Assembly (NCBI GenBank): GCA_951406725.2
Contig: OX597829.1
Span: 51,584,001 to 51,648,000 of the forward strand
Source: Octopus vulgaris
Taxonomy: Eukaryota
Direction of reading: 5' to 3'
Length of the DNA stretch: 64,000 nucleotides
Shown here: piece after piece, positions 1-12,635 of the stretch
Layout of the letters: every line of letters begins with the position of its first letter
Numbering within the stretch: position 1 is the first letter of the stretch
Notes under the pieces: model-generated
The model's database searches: none
Told to the model about the DNA's origin: nothing
What the model saw: only the letters and a program-made list of their open reading frames with translations
Program-made: the position numbers and the translations under genes

Positions 1-74
1 CTAAAACAGTCATAAATTTTGAGGTATTCCGCAACTGTTGGATAATCTTTGCTTTCTGATCTTCAAGCTTCAAT
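1..74 (-). CDS. kibra: KIBRA coding exon 10 (truncated by window edge)
   Basis: Acceptor cttttag; (R)LKLEDQKAKIIQQLRNTSKFMTVL, open to position 1. Confidence 0.9.
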
Positions 75-1133
75 CTAAAAGATATATTAATTAAATACAT
101 TTATTAAATCAAAACAAAACTGATTGGAAAATGTTCAAGTTGTTTTAACTGTAGCTTTAAAGTAGCTGTTAAAATTGCAAGTTGTTCTAGTTACAGAACT
201 GATTTTAAAAACCAATAAAAACAAATGTAAATATTCCTATCAGATAAATTTTAAATTTGCTTTGGTGTAAGAAAAGTTTATCTAAGAAATCTGCAATTTG
301 TTCAAACAAATACCAAACTGAGAAAAGCAATTTTATTTAAAGTATTTACATATATATTTGTGCTTAAGTTTTAGCCTTCTTGTTGCATGAAGGAGATTGT
401 GTGTCTTGCAAACAACTTGCACATGCAAGTGCTACCAGTCAAAAGCTCTGTATACCGGAAGCCAGCAAGTGTATGGGGTCATCAGGAGAGAATGCGCGCG
501 GTTTCGGGGCCTACCTCTCGATGGCATCAATGTGCACCGGCCCCCCTCACTGATATGAGGCCCCGCTTGCTAGATCAGCTGGTTATGAAGGTAAACTCAA
601 TATCCTTCTAGCCATCGCTCATCGTCTCTTTTTTAACTATATCAGAGTGTCATTTTAAGTCGGTTTTTTCCATGCTAGCATGGCTTGAATGAATGGCACT
701 AATTTACAGCCAGGTGCCCTTACCTGTTTTTTCAAGTAAGGGAACTTTTATTGCACTTGTCTTTGAAAGCAGTGAGCAAACAGACAATTAGTTGACACAT
801 AATCAACTAACAATATGACATATTCACTTGACAAACCAATGAAAGGAAACTTTGTGTCGTTGATTAACACATTAGAAATAACAGCCAAATTTCCTTTCTT
901 TGAACTGTATTTCATAAAAGGAAGACACAGTATGTCAGAAAAAAAAAGACAAACGAAAAAGCAAGACAACATAGTCATAGCTAGAATTCCTTTAATCACA
1001 GGCCTGTCTGGTCAGAGTTGACTGGGGTTAAATAACAACAGTTATTTGACAAGACAATCTCTTAATGAACTGTTGTTTAGATCCTTTACGTAGTCACTTG
1101 AATAGGCAGAAATCATTTACTGGTAATCTGTCA

Positions 1134-1445
1134 ATTATGACAATGAGTATATCAGTTGATCTGATCAATAGAACAGCCTGCTCATGAAATTAAAAGGAAA
1201 GGTGGCTGAGCACTCCACAGACAAGCATACCTTTAATGCAGTTCTCAGGGAGATTCAGCATCAGGCAAAGTGTAACAAGACTGGCCCTTTAAAATACAGG
1301 TACACCTTATTTTTGTCAGCTGAGTGGACTGGATCAATGTGAAATAAAGTGTCTTGCTCAAGGAAACGACAAACTGCTGGGGATCCAACTCATGACCTTA
1401 TGATTGGGAGATGAATACCCTAATCACTATGTCATGTGCCTTCAC
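1134..1445 (-). mobile_element. tRNA-type SINE, family E; related copies near 10305-10517(-), 13460-13765(-), 20600-20939(-), 21850-22100(-), 50300-50550(-)
   Basis: Shares the block ttgagcaagacactttatttcac and a tRNA-like head with the copy at 32071. Confidence 0.75.
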
Positions 1446-1679
1446 TTATAGGTAGAAATAACAGCCAAATCACTATTACATTATAACCTACCCATTTCAA
1501 AAGAAAAAAACAAAAACAAAACATAGCCTGAACCTGAATACAAAACAATGAGACGGTCATGTGTTGAACAATGCTCTTAACCATGGGCCTGCTTTACTAG
1601 AGCTGACCTGCAACTAATCAATCACAACAACAACAACTTAATCTTCTGTATTGACTAATGATTGACAAAACCCAATTAC

Positions 1680-1844
1680 CTGTCACTGATCGATTTATCA
1701 GAACTTCCAACTGCAAGACAAATATCTCTTTCCAATTGTGTAATTCTTGATTTGATTGATGTTAATTCGTGTTCACTACGCCCTTTGTCATCTATACTCT
1801 TTAACTCTCGAAGTAGTTGCTCTTTTTCTTTTAATAGCAATAAC
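1680..1844 (-). CDS. kibra: KIBRA coding exon 9
   Basis: Acceptor cacttcag; (R)LLLLKEKEQLLRELKSIDDKGRSEHELTSIKSRITQLERDICLAVGSSDKSISD plus AG; donor GTAATT; 165 nt. Confidence 0.94.
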
Positions 1845-2580
1845 CTGAAGTGAGAAAAGAATTTATGATTTAAAATAAGTGTTTCATGTTATCAAAACTG
1901 AATCAAAATTAATTTCAGTTCGTTGAGTATAAATGTAGAATGACATCAACAATCGACTTAAATTTATTCTCAACTGCAAAAGTACTTGAAGCAGGTTGTT
2001 TCATGATAAGCTATCAATTAGTACAGAATTTTACCAATACTGGTAAAATTTCACACCTTGGGTAACAAGATAAAGTATTTTGAAAGTGCAGGTACGAAAG
2101 TAACTTCTTTGATTTTCATGCAATTAATTCAAATGATTAATACTTTCTCACTAACATTTCTCTTCATATTCTTGCAGAAAAAAATACTGATTTATTTTTA
2201 CACTTGAAAGCAACATTCCTGCTAAGCTTCATGGGTACAAGGCTATGCAGTTACTATATTGGGGTCAACCATTTTAATTTACATATGCGTGCATGATAAG
2301 TTGCATTAGAATTTAAATGTTGCACATCACCTTTGAATTTAAAAATGTTCTTGCTCAAAATTTCAAAAATGTTCATTCAGTGATTTGTAAAAATTGAAGG
2401 AAATGTGGATTTAAACTCCCAACTCTAATGATCCTTTTGGAGGCTATAACAGAACCAAACTGTGGGATTTCTTCCTAGTAACCACTAAATAATTTATTGC
2501 AAACAAATTCTAACCTAAAACCTCATGGCCCTATGGTTAGATCAAAACAAACCTGTAGTATGTTATAAAAGGGCTCTAAG

Positions 2581-2754
2581 TTAACCCGTTAGCATTTAAA
2601 CCAGCCTCTCACACACACCTTACAATGTCATTTTAAAAATAAATAATCGTATCATCAAAATCTCAAAGCTATGAGATAATGCATGATTGATTCAAAGCAA
2701 GGTGAATATATAAGCATTATATTTGACAGAATGATCTGAGTGCTAAATGGTTAA
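2581..2754. mobile_element. piggyBac-like MITE (TTAA-flanked), internally deleted copy
   Basis: ttaacccgttagcatt ... agtgctaaatggttaa. Same family as 44632-44866, 49770-49996, 12840-13045 and 41085-41250. Confidence 0.75.
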
Positions 2755-3084
2755 ACATATTTATGTATTTTATCAAACCAAATATAAAGCTTAAATTCTC
2801 AACATTATATAAGTTCACTGATACAGTGTTATCCAAGATGGACAAGTTAAAAATTCTGTCCTGACACATAACTTAAACCTTTTTCCAACCAGCCACTAAC
2901 CATTCTCCCTCTCATCATTGTTTTAAGGTCCACTTTCCCATGTGTGCATGGGTCGAGTGGAATTTGTTAAAGCGGATTTGTTTTTCTCTTTAAGTTGCAT
3001 GATGGTGACATTTGTTTACAACTATCATCACTTGAAGTCAAGACAAGGAGGGGAGAGTAACAAACACACACACACACACAAATG

Positions 3085-3241
3085 TGTTTCTTTCAGTTTT
3101 TGCCTCCTAAATCCACTTACAAGGCTTTGGACATATTGTGGCCTTAGTAGAAGGCACTTGCCCAAGGTGCCATGCAGTAGGACTGAACCTGGAACCATGT
3201 GGTGGGAAAGCAAACTTCCTAACCACACAGCCATGCCTGCA
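3085..3241 (-). mobile_element. tRNA-type SINE, family C, 5' half; other copies near 18570-18690, 30915-31020, 38330-38645, 51335-51650
   Basis: Minus strand gcaggcatggctgtgtggttaggaag...ggttcagtcctactgcatggcaccttgggcaagtg, recurring many times in the window. Confidence 0.8.
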
Positions 3242-3416
3242 TCTATAACAAACAACAAACAAAAAAAAAGACCAAACAAAATTAAAAAAAAAGAAAAGGA
3301 AAACCAAATCAAACAAAATTATGATGTTTGAAATGCATATTCCATAAAGAAAACAAACAGCAGATAATAAGGAATTAGTATGATTCACATGAAAATTATT
3401 GTAAATGTATTATTAC

Positions 3417-3568
3417 CTATCTTTATCAGATTCCTTTTGTCCAGGCACCAGCTGAGACTGAGCTTTTACTAATTGCATCTTTAAATTGGAAAAATTCTTC
3501 TTTAATTCATCAAACTGAAGTTGTATCTGAGTTTGCTCTGCAAGTTTGTTGTCTGTTGACAAACCGAG
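3417..3568 (-). CDS. kibra: KIBRA coding exon 8
   Basis: LGLSTDNKLAEQTQIQLQFDELKKNFSNLKMQLVKAQSQLVPGQKESDKD plus AG; donor GTAATA; 152 nt. The acceptor (aaaaacag) is atypical but in phase. Confidence 0.88.
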
Positions 3569-3783
3569 CTGTTTTTGTAGTTTTTTTTTTTCCGCAGCAG
3601 AAGAAGATAAAAGAAAAAGAAATTCGTGAAAGAATAAATCTTTGCAAAGAGAAAGAAAGTCTGTATGCATGAGTGTGTTTGAAGGGAGAAAGAGCGAGAG
3701 AGGAGAAATAGAGTAAAAAGGGAAATACAGATAGGAGGGAGAAAGTCAAAGAAAAAGATTAAGGTGTATATATATATACATAT

Positions 3784-3834
<51 letters not shown>

Positions 3835-4128
3835 TATACACACACAGAAAAAGAGAGAGTTAGGTATATTAATGGAATGGTTATAACTGTAAAGCACCTA
3901 ACTTACAATTTTAACAGATGTGTAAGTTTTAAATGAACTTTTTTATTCCTGCAAAACAATCGGTTATAAAAAGTCATAGCTATGTGGCAAGTAACAAAAA
4001 AAAAAAAAAAAAAAAAAGTTACCTCAATCAAACTTTCTAGAATTGAAAATTTTTTCCATAGAATTTTGACAAAATAAAAAAAACAAAACAAAACAAAACA
4101 ACAAAAGCAAATTAGTCAGAATACGTAC

Positions 4129-4254
4129 TTCCCAACTTATGTCTGTCTGAGATGCAGTACTGGCTTTCTCTTGAGGTATAGAAAGTGTTGATAAATCTGG
4201 AGAAGACCCATTATTCCGACTGAGTGTTAAATCATCTTTCAACCTGGCAAGTGA
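4129..4254 (-). CDS. kibra: KIBRA coding exon 7 (SQT LC8-type motif)
   Basis: Acceptor ttttag; SLARLKDDLTLSRNNGSSPDLSTLSIPQEKASTASQTDISWE; donor GTACGT; 126 nt. Confidence 0.93.
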
Positions 4255-6089
4255 CTAAAAAAACAAAACAGAAAATAAAAAAGGAAAAATAAATAAATAT
4301 ATATATTCTTTTACTTGTTTCAGCCATTATTTGACTGCGGCCATGCTGGAGCACCACCTTCAGTCAAACAAATCAACCCCAGTTTTTATTTTTTGTAAGC
4401 CTAGGACTTATTTTATCAGTCACTTTGGCTGAAATGCTAAGTTACGGGGACGCAAACACACCAACATATATATACACATATATATCAGCAGGATTTGAAC
4501 ATAAATGACTTTCAGAATCAGAAGTAGGGTATGGGTTAAAATACTTTGATGTCTGGTTACATCTCTTTACATTCTAAGTTAAAATCCCATTCAGATCCTC
4601 CATTTAACTCTTTCATTTTAGTGAAATTGATAAAATAATAACTTGAGGTCGATGCGATCAACTATTCTCTAGAATGTGGGTGCTCCAGCATGGCCACAGT
4701 CCAATGACAAAAGTAGTAAAGGAAGAATCACTGCAAAGAATTTTGTTTGATGCTCCCCTAGTTTTACCAACTTAGGGTAGAAAGAAAGGCCACAAATTTG
4801 TGTGCGATTAGAGGGACTCATTGAAATCGACCCTGCTGCCATTACAAAAGTTTCATTGATTTGGAAAGAATGAAAGGGAAGTCGATCAGTCGCAAGACAA
4901 CTGAAACTAAATTCAGAGATGGTTACTGATAAAGTTTATTGCCAAATATTTTTAATATAACATTTAATAAAATTCAAAGAATTAGACAAATTCAAAAGCT
5001 ATGAAGAAAAAGAAAACTTGTTATTTTGTACAGGGAAAGGGATTATGCTTCAGAACTCACTTCCCTCAAAACATCCATATATATCTTGCTTCACAGAATT
5101 TTTAAACTGTTTTTTATTAAAAAAAAATTTTTTTTATTACACTTCTACTGATGAAGTCAATCACTAGTTTACTTATTCTAACAGATATGTTTTTCTTTCA
5201 TATTAAGTAATAGGCCACTCTGACCCACTTTAGAATTTAGTACTAATTTCGAAAAAATAGAATTATTATTTCTTAAAAATATTTCTTTTTAACAATAAAG
5301 AGAGAGAAAAAAATTCCCCAAAATTAATCATCAGGTGAAAATCGGATTTAAAAGATACATTTTAGATGCTTAAATTATCGAGTTGTAGGTGAGAAAAAAA
5401 GTTTTATTTTCAAATAAAAACAATTTTTCTTTTAGAGCAAAGACTGAGTACTTGATTCTTAGGAATTTCCAAGAGGGAAAAGCCAGTTTAATATAGTAAA
5501 AGTAGAAAATAATAGCATTGATTAGTGGATGAGATTAACATCAACAAGACAGAAAATCATGCTTTATAAATAAAGCCCCTAAAGATATTTAGGTCTGCAT
5601 TGAATTACATACACTCCCTCACTACATTCACTGTTATAAATGCAATGAACAGTATATTGAATATTGCTGTCATCTTTGGCTGGTCTTAACTTTGAGTCTT
5701 AACTTCCTTCATCGAATTCAGAATCAAGCTGTTAATATGGTGGGTCCTCTTTTTTCTATAAGTATTCCATGGTCATTGTTCTGGTGGATTTTCTGGTCTA
5801 GTACCCACTATAAAGACCTTTAAATGTGTCCCCTACTTCTCTTTCCAGGTGCATCGTTTCTCTATTGAGCATCCTGTTAGTCCATATTCTTTTATTCTAT
5901 CAGCTTCTTTCCTTGAACTGCTGCTTCTTCGAACTAAACTACCATTGTCTCAGTTCTATGATATTCAATTCTCTAACTTTTCAGACAACATCTTTTGAAT
6001 CTCTAGGCACATCTTTTCTTTACAGAGACCTGAAGCCTTGTTTAGCACAAAATTGTATAAAACATAAATAAATAAGAAATAGGATCCAG

Positions 6090-6530
6090 AATGATATGGT
6101 TTTAAAGTTCCTGTATATTGCATAATATGCTTCAACTACTTTACATTTCTTGCAGTGAGACCAGCTTCTTTCGGCTCTGCATACCAACCCCAGTCTTTCA
6201 TCAATTCTTGAGATGTATAAAAATCATGAAGTTTCCTTTGAATAACAGATTCCTGATGTAATGGTTCCACAGTGCCAATTTTTTCTAGAATGAAATCGTT
6301 AGCTCTCTTTTCATTGAATGTTACTTTGAGAATATGCGTTTGTGCACATCCAAAATGCTATCAACTTATTTTCTTGTCATCTTTTCTAAGATTCATGTTT
6401 CGCCGCCACATAGGGCTAGTAACCAGATGAGTCTCTTGAGAAGGTGTATCTTGGTGTTAGTGCACATAGATCCATTTTTGCAGATGTTCCAGAGTTTGGT
6501 AGCACCTGTATGTATCTTAATAATAATAAT
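6090..6530 (-). mobile_element. Decayed RTE-clade LINE, ORF C-terminal fragment
   Basis: Minus-strand translation TKIHLLKRLIWLLALCGGET* resembles the RTE K.RL...LVW...LYG.ETW segment; contains stops and frameshifts. Confidence 0.55.
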
Positions 6531-7307
6531 AATAATTGTGTACAGTGCTCAGGTGCACTACAACTCATCTAAAGTGTATATATAATCAGGTGAAGTTTCT
6601 TGCTGCATTTGTTTGTACCAATCAGTTCAAAGACAGTTTTTAATCTTGATATTTCCGATGTCAATATCTGCTTGGATTGCAGTTTTTTTAATGGAAGTAA
6701 TTTTACATAAGCACATCCATAATGTAGATTGTAAATATTGCATTTCAAAAATTTCTAACCTGTGTGTATCGTTAGATTTCCCAAAGCATGCAATCATCAT
6801 CATCAATGTCCATGCTCCTTGCTTGCATGGGTTAGACGGTTTGATAAGGATCCAATGAGTCAAGGACTGCAATATACTCCAGTGTTCATTTTGGTATGGT
6901 TTCTATGGCTGGATGCCCTTCCTAAGGTTAACCACTATACAGTGAGTACTGGGTGCTTTTTTTTATACCACCAGCACAATTGAGGTCACCATGTAACTCA
7001 CAAGTCCACATATACAGGGAGAGAGGATGCTATGTCCTTATGTTAGATGCAGGTTAAAGTAAAAGAGAAGAGGTTGGAGTAGATAAGGTTTTTGTTGTAG
7101 AGGAGCTAAAGAGCTGCTCAGATTTAAGGGAGAAAGAGCGAGAATGAATCAGGGACATCACCAAGGAGATAGACAGTGGTGATGAGGTGTCCAGGTGGCA
7201 CCTCAGGTAGCAGGAACAGTAGTGAGTAGGAGGAATGGGGGTTGGTGTGGGTAAAGGAAGGAAGATATAGGAGAAGTGGGAGCAAGTAGTGGCTCAGATT
7301 TGTAAGG

Positions 7308-7310
<3 letters not shown>

Positions 7311-7364
<54 letters not shown>
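7311..7364. repeat. (GA)n microsatellite
   Basis: Perfect GA run of about 27 units. Confidence 0.95.
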
Positions 7365-7365
<1 letters not shown>

Positions 7366-8926
7366 GATGACGAGTTTGGGTAGGCTGCAGGAGTAGTGTA
7401 GAGAAAGCAGGTGTAATGCATGAGAAAATACAATTCGTTGGTCCAGGGAGGGGAGAAAGCTGCAGTAACGAGGATGTGAAGAATAATAATAATGGGTAAA
7501 GAATGGCTAACAAATGTGATAGTTCTGGGTAACAAGAGACAGAAGTGGTATCAGGGATGGTGGTAGTGGTGGTGGTCATGAGGAGCTGCAGTGGATGATA
7601 AGCCATGGGGGGAATTGGTTGCGACTGGGGAAAATAAAGGTATTATACAGGTATTAACTTTGAATCCTGCATTAATCCAGCTCATATTTCTTTGTCTTTC
7701 AAATGCTAAGTTTTTGAGACTTGCCTTTTTTTACATATTATGATCCATTTTGGTGTTATACTACCAAGAAACACAAACTCTGTGACAGGTCCTACATCAG
7801 TACAATCCAGTTTGATAATTTCCCTGGTCTTACACTTCATGTCGTTTATTTTCACATTCCATTTTCACATGCTTCATGTAACCATTTACTATTTAGTGAA
7901 TATTTTCAACTTGTCAAGTATTGTGATTATTGGACTATTGCTAGTACATCTGATATCTTATAGAAAAGATATCATTGAGAACTACACTATTATCCAAGTC
8001 ATTTAGTTTTTTTTACATGACAAATTCCAGTAAGATATTGAAAAAGCGGGGAGATAGTAGGCAAGCCTGCCTTTAAACCTGTACATACTTCAAATTAATC
8101 TTTTAGCTAAAGATTTATGACCATTAAAACACCTGGTATTGTTGTAAAAAAGAGTGCTATCAAAAATTGAGGCAGACTATATACAAAGATAGGAAGCTAG
8201 GAGAAAAATGATTGAATAACTCAGAGATACTGTTAAAAGTTAAAATTCACAGAACAAAACCTACAAGACAAAACAGAACTATTTGAAGCTGTCCTCAAGA
8301 ACAATATTAATTACAATCTCTCTGATTCAATACAAGAAATGGGGGAGGGGGAAAATATCAAGCAATCAAAAGTTGAAGACAGTAACATACACAATTGGAT
8401 TAATTCAATGGTGAAGAAGTTATTTCAATTATAATAGCATTAAATTCTCAAACAACCCAGAAGTGTTATCAGAAATCTTGGATGGTTCATTTGTTAATAA
8501 TGAAATAACAGAAGGACTAGAAGAGGGCAATAAAAAAAAAATAAAAAAAAGTTGACATACTAAAAGCAAGAAAAGAGCTTGTTGTCATTATGGTACACAT
8601 AATTCAATTATCATCATCATCATCATCATCACTGTCACATAACATCCATTGTCCAATGCTGACATGGGTTGGATGGTTTGACAGGAGTTGGCCAACTTGG
8701 GGAGTCATCCAGACTCCAATTGTCTGTTGTGGCTTGGTTTCTATGGCTGGATGCTCCTACTAATGCTAACCACTTTACAGAGTGTACTGGGTGCTTTTTA
8801 CGTGGCACCAGCACTGGCACGAGTGCGTTTTATGTGGCACTGGCACCCGTAAAGAACAAGCCTGTATATATGGATAAAAGGTAAAACAAAGAAGACCTCC
8901 AAAAATAACTAGATCTGTTTGCTGTT

Positions 8927-9411
8927 GAATGAATGAATGAATTCCAATATCTTAAATCTGGGTCTGTCTCCATTAATGGGGGTGGCTAGATCTACCTCAC
9001 TCTTACAGCAACTGTTCTCACACCATCTCGTCCAGTTTTGGGTGCCCTCCCTCCCCAAACTAACCCAACCAATCTCTTCCTCCACCTGTCCCCTCCACAT
9101 TTTCTTTGGTTGACCTCGCTTTTGTGGTTCGTTCACTCTCCTCAGAACATGATCCTTACCACTGCACACCATTCACCCTTGCCAGCTGTTCCACCGATTC
9201 CTCCAACCCCAGTATCCCCCATCAAGTCCTCAGCCCACCTTTTATCTAATAGTTTCACACTGCACATTGCTCTCTCAGTCATTCCCAAAATTGCCATTTC
9301 ACTTTCCCTCAGACACCGTGTCTCACTCCCATACAGAATTACAGATCTCATGCAACTCTGATAGACTCTTCTTATCATCTTCAAAGAGAAACTTTTCTCT
9401 TTTAATGTCAA
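8927..9411 (-). mobile_element. RTE-clade LINE 3' fragment with (TTCA)n tail
   Basis: FSLKMIRRVYQSCMRSVILYGSETRCL...TERAM and KRGQPKKMW match the RTE LYGSETW and RGRP..W motifs; frameshifted. Confidence 0.8.
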
Positions 9412-11420
9412 TATATAAAAAGGGTAATAAGCAACATCCTGATAACTACAGGAGAGTCTTTCTTTTATGAATACTGGGAATTTTCTTTCACTGAATGAAA
9501 GGTGAAATAGATAGCATCAAATATAAAGACTACACACACAAAGTATTGCATGAAGAAATGTTGAATAAAATATATTTGTGTAAAGTCATGTTTAGCATGT
9601 TTGAGTGTAATGGTGCATGATAAGAACTTTTAATGCAGGGATAGTCCCAGGAAAAAAATTCTCCACCTAGACTTGTGCAAATACAGTTTTGGGGCTGTAA
9701 GCAACGACAGGATCTTTAGATGCATGTTTCTGCTTCGTCAATTACAAAAACAACCAACTCAGTTACACACAGCAATAAAATGAATCAAGGGCATGTAACT
9801 CTAATAATTTTCCCTTGAAATTCATGCTCAGTTGGATTAACAACGCATGTCAAAAGAGACTAATATGAAACTAATTCATGTTTTTAGACTCTGCACTTAG
9901 AAAAAAAAAAAAGGTACAAATAAAGTGTTATGGTAGGTAATAGTTTGGACTATAGTTTCCATATTTTAACAATTTTCCAGCCTGAATTATATAAACATAG
10001 ATGTAACGAGAAATCTACAATTACCTTGGACATTTCATCAAAATGTTTGATGATTTGACCATAGCTACAATAGATTTGCTATAATAGTTTTGTTTCTCAT
10101 TACTAATTTTTCCAGTTCAAGATTAAAGTTTTATTACAGATTAAGGTTTCATTAAATATCTAAGCAAGGGGTTATCACGACTAACCTTATAGTGTACCAA
10201 TGTCCCCCACACTCTACCTAGCTGTGCCAAAAACATTAAACCAGCTCATCAATTTTCCCTCCTCTACTTTAACAACCATGAACTCCAATGCATCATGGGT
10301 AGGCACTCCACAGTTCTCAGGGAGATACAGTGTGACACCGAATGTGACAAGGTTGGCCCATTAAATTACAAGTACAACTCAATTTTGCCAGCTAAGTGGA
10401 CTGGAGCAACATGAAATAAAGAGTCTTGCTCAAGGATACAACATGCTGTTGGGAACTGAACTCCCAACCTTACGATCATGAGCCAAATACCAGAACCACC
10501 AAGTCACACACCTTCACAATGTGTCATAGAGCCCACCCATAATCTCTTATCAATGCACAAACCACATATCTTATTCTCCAATCTTTCAACTCTTATCTTT
10601 GTTTATCTCTGCTGTCAATGTTACACTCTCTACTGAAACTTCACAATGAAAGGTGGTGTCTAACCATATATAAATTCCATTCTTCACCTGAATACCAGCA
10701 ACGAAGATTTCTAGCTACACGGTCTCAAAGTTTCCTTCTCTACTCTCCGCTAATCACCAACCACTCTTCAAAGGTATCTCTTCCTGCATCAGGGTAGATG
10801 CAGTACAGATGACCTTCTACAATTGAGAAGGACATCTACTTTACTTCAGTCCACTCTGAAGTTACTGTACTCAATAATGCAACACTCACAACTCATTTTT
10901 GACTCATACGCTCATCCCATATTGATGCTTCTAATGTAGAAATAAACTTTGCAATCGTCAAATTTCTATATCAGCCAGCTTCATCCTCTACACATATTCC
11001 TGACCAATATACAAACACTCCAAACAGCCTTTATCTCTTTCTTACCTCCAAACCCACCCTCCACCAGACAATCACTGTCTATGTACATACAGGGTCATCC
11101 ACCATGACTTATTACACCTACTACTACATCATAAACTACTACAGAATGCTGCTTTCACTTCCCAGACTCTAAGATCCCTTATGCCAGCTGACTAAATTCC
11201 ACCAATTCTAAGCTGACTAACCCTGGCAGCAAATGTGCTTTACCCTCAACCCATCAGAAATAGATGGGTGGATAACTGAAAACACCTTCTAAGGCTTTCT
11301 CTCCAAATCCTACATACATCCAAACTTCATGGCCCCCAAATGATTCATTCATACCTACACTGCAGCAGCAGTTTATGTAAAAATGAAAAAAAAAAATCCA
11401 AAGTAGCTACAATACAATAG

Positions 11421-12136
11421 GCACAGGAATGGCTGTGTGGTAAGAAGCTTGCTGGCAGAAACGCTAGCACACCAGATGAAATGCTTAGCAGTATTTCGTA
11501 TGCCGCTATGTTCTGAGTTCAAATTCCGCCGAGGTCGACTTAATCCCTTTGTCTGTCCTTGTTTGTCCCCTCTATTTTTTAGCCCCCTGTGGGCAGTAAA
11601 GAAATAAGAAACTTGCTTCAAGGTTCAGTTCCACTGCATGGCACCTTGAGCAAGTGTTTCAACTGTAGCCTTGGGACAACCAAAGTCTTGTGAGTGGATT
11701 TGGTAGACAGAAATTGAAAGAAATAAGGCGGCAAGCTGGCAGAAACGTTAGCACGCTAGGCAAAATGCTTAGCAGTTTTCGCCTGTTGTTATGTTCTGAG
11801 TTCAAATTCCGCCGAGGTCGACTTTAACTTTCATCCTTTCGGGGTCAACAAATTAAGTACCAGTTACACACTGGGGTCGATGTAATCGACTTAATCCCTT
11901 TGTCTGTCCTTGTTTGTCCCCTCTATGTTTAGCCCCCTGTGGGCAATAAAGAAATAAGAAATTGAAAGAAATCTGTCGTATATATAAACACACACACACA
12001 CACACACACATATATATGTGAGTGTGTGTCTGTCAGAAGCAGTGCATTTACATATCTGTAGCTCAATGGTTCAACAAATGAGACCAATAGCATAAGTACC
12101 AGTACTTATGAAACAAGTAAAAGATAAAAGATAAAA
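11421..12136 (+). mobile_element. Family C SINE interrupted by two family B SINE insertions
   Basis: The family C sequence resumes after each B copy, and both junctions carry direct repeats. Confidence 0.8.
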
Positions 12137-12299
12137 GCTACTTCTGAGCCTTGCACTTCTTATGGACTGCAGCCAATTGGTTGTAGCCATGATAGTTCAG
12201 TGCACAGTATTCCTGTGAAGAAAACCCCACATTGCACAAATTAAAAAAGAAATCTCCTCCACAAATATCCTTTTCCCACTTCACCAAATGCAAAAGCAC

Positions 12300-12635
12300 C
12301 ACTGATTGCTTCAAACCAACAAGGCCACAAACCCTGATAATGTCTTTAGACAATGTTACCCGCCAGTGTGCTTCCATAAAAAGGAAATCATGTGAAAGCA
12401 ATGTTGTTACCCTCAACATCAATGAAGCTTTCAACTATGTCTGGCACACAAACCTCCTGTCAAAAACGATCAGTTGTCTTTTGTAGCATGTGTGATAGAG
12501 CTCCCTCAACCCACACATTCTCATTTCCTATGTACCCCTGGGTTTGGTTTGCGTCCCATCCCACTCTTCTCCCTATATGTCAACAACCTATTTAACGTAA
12601 CTTAACAATACTGATTCCTAGGCAGACGACATCAT
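12300..12635 (+). mobile_element. Decayed non-LTR reverse transcriptase fragment (CR1/Jockey-like); related piece near 34570-34650
   Basis: LNINEAFNYVWHTNLL resembles LDISKAFDxVWH, and S*ADD resembles YADD. Confidence 0.65.
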
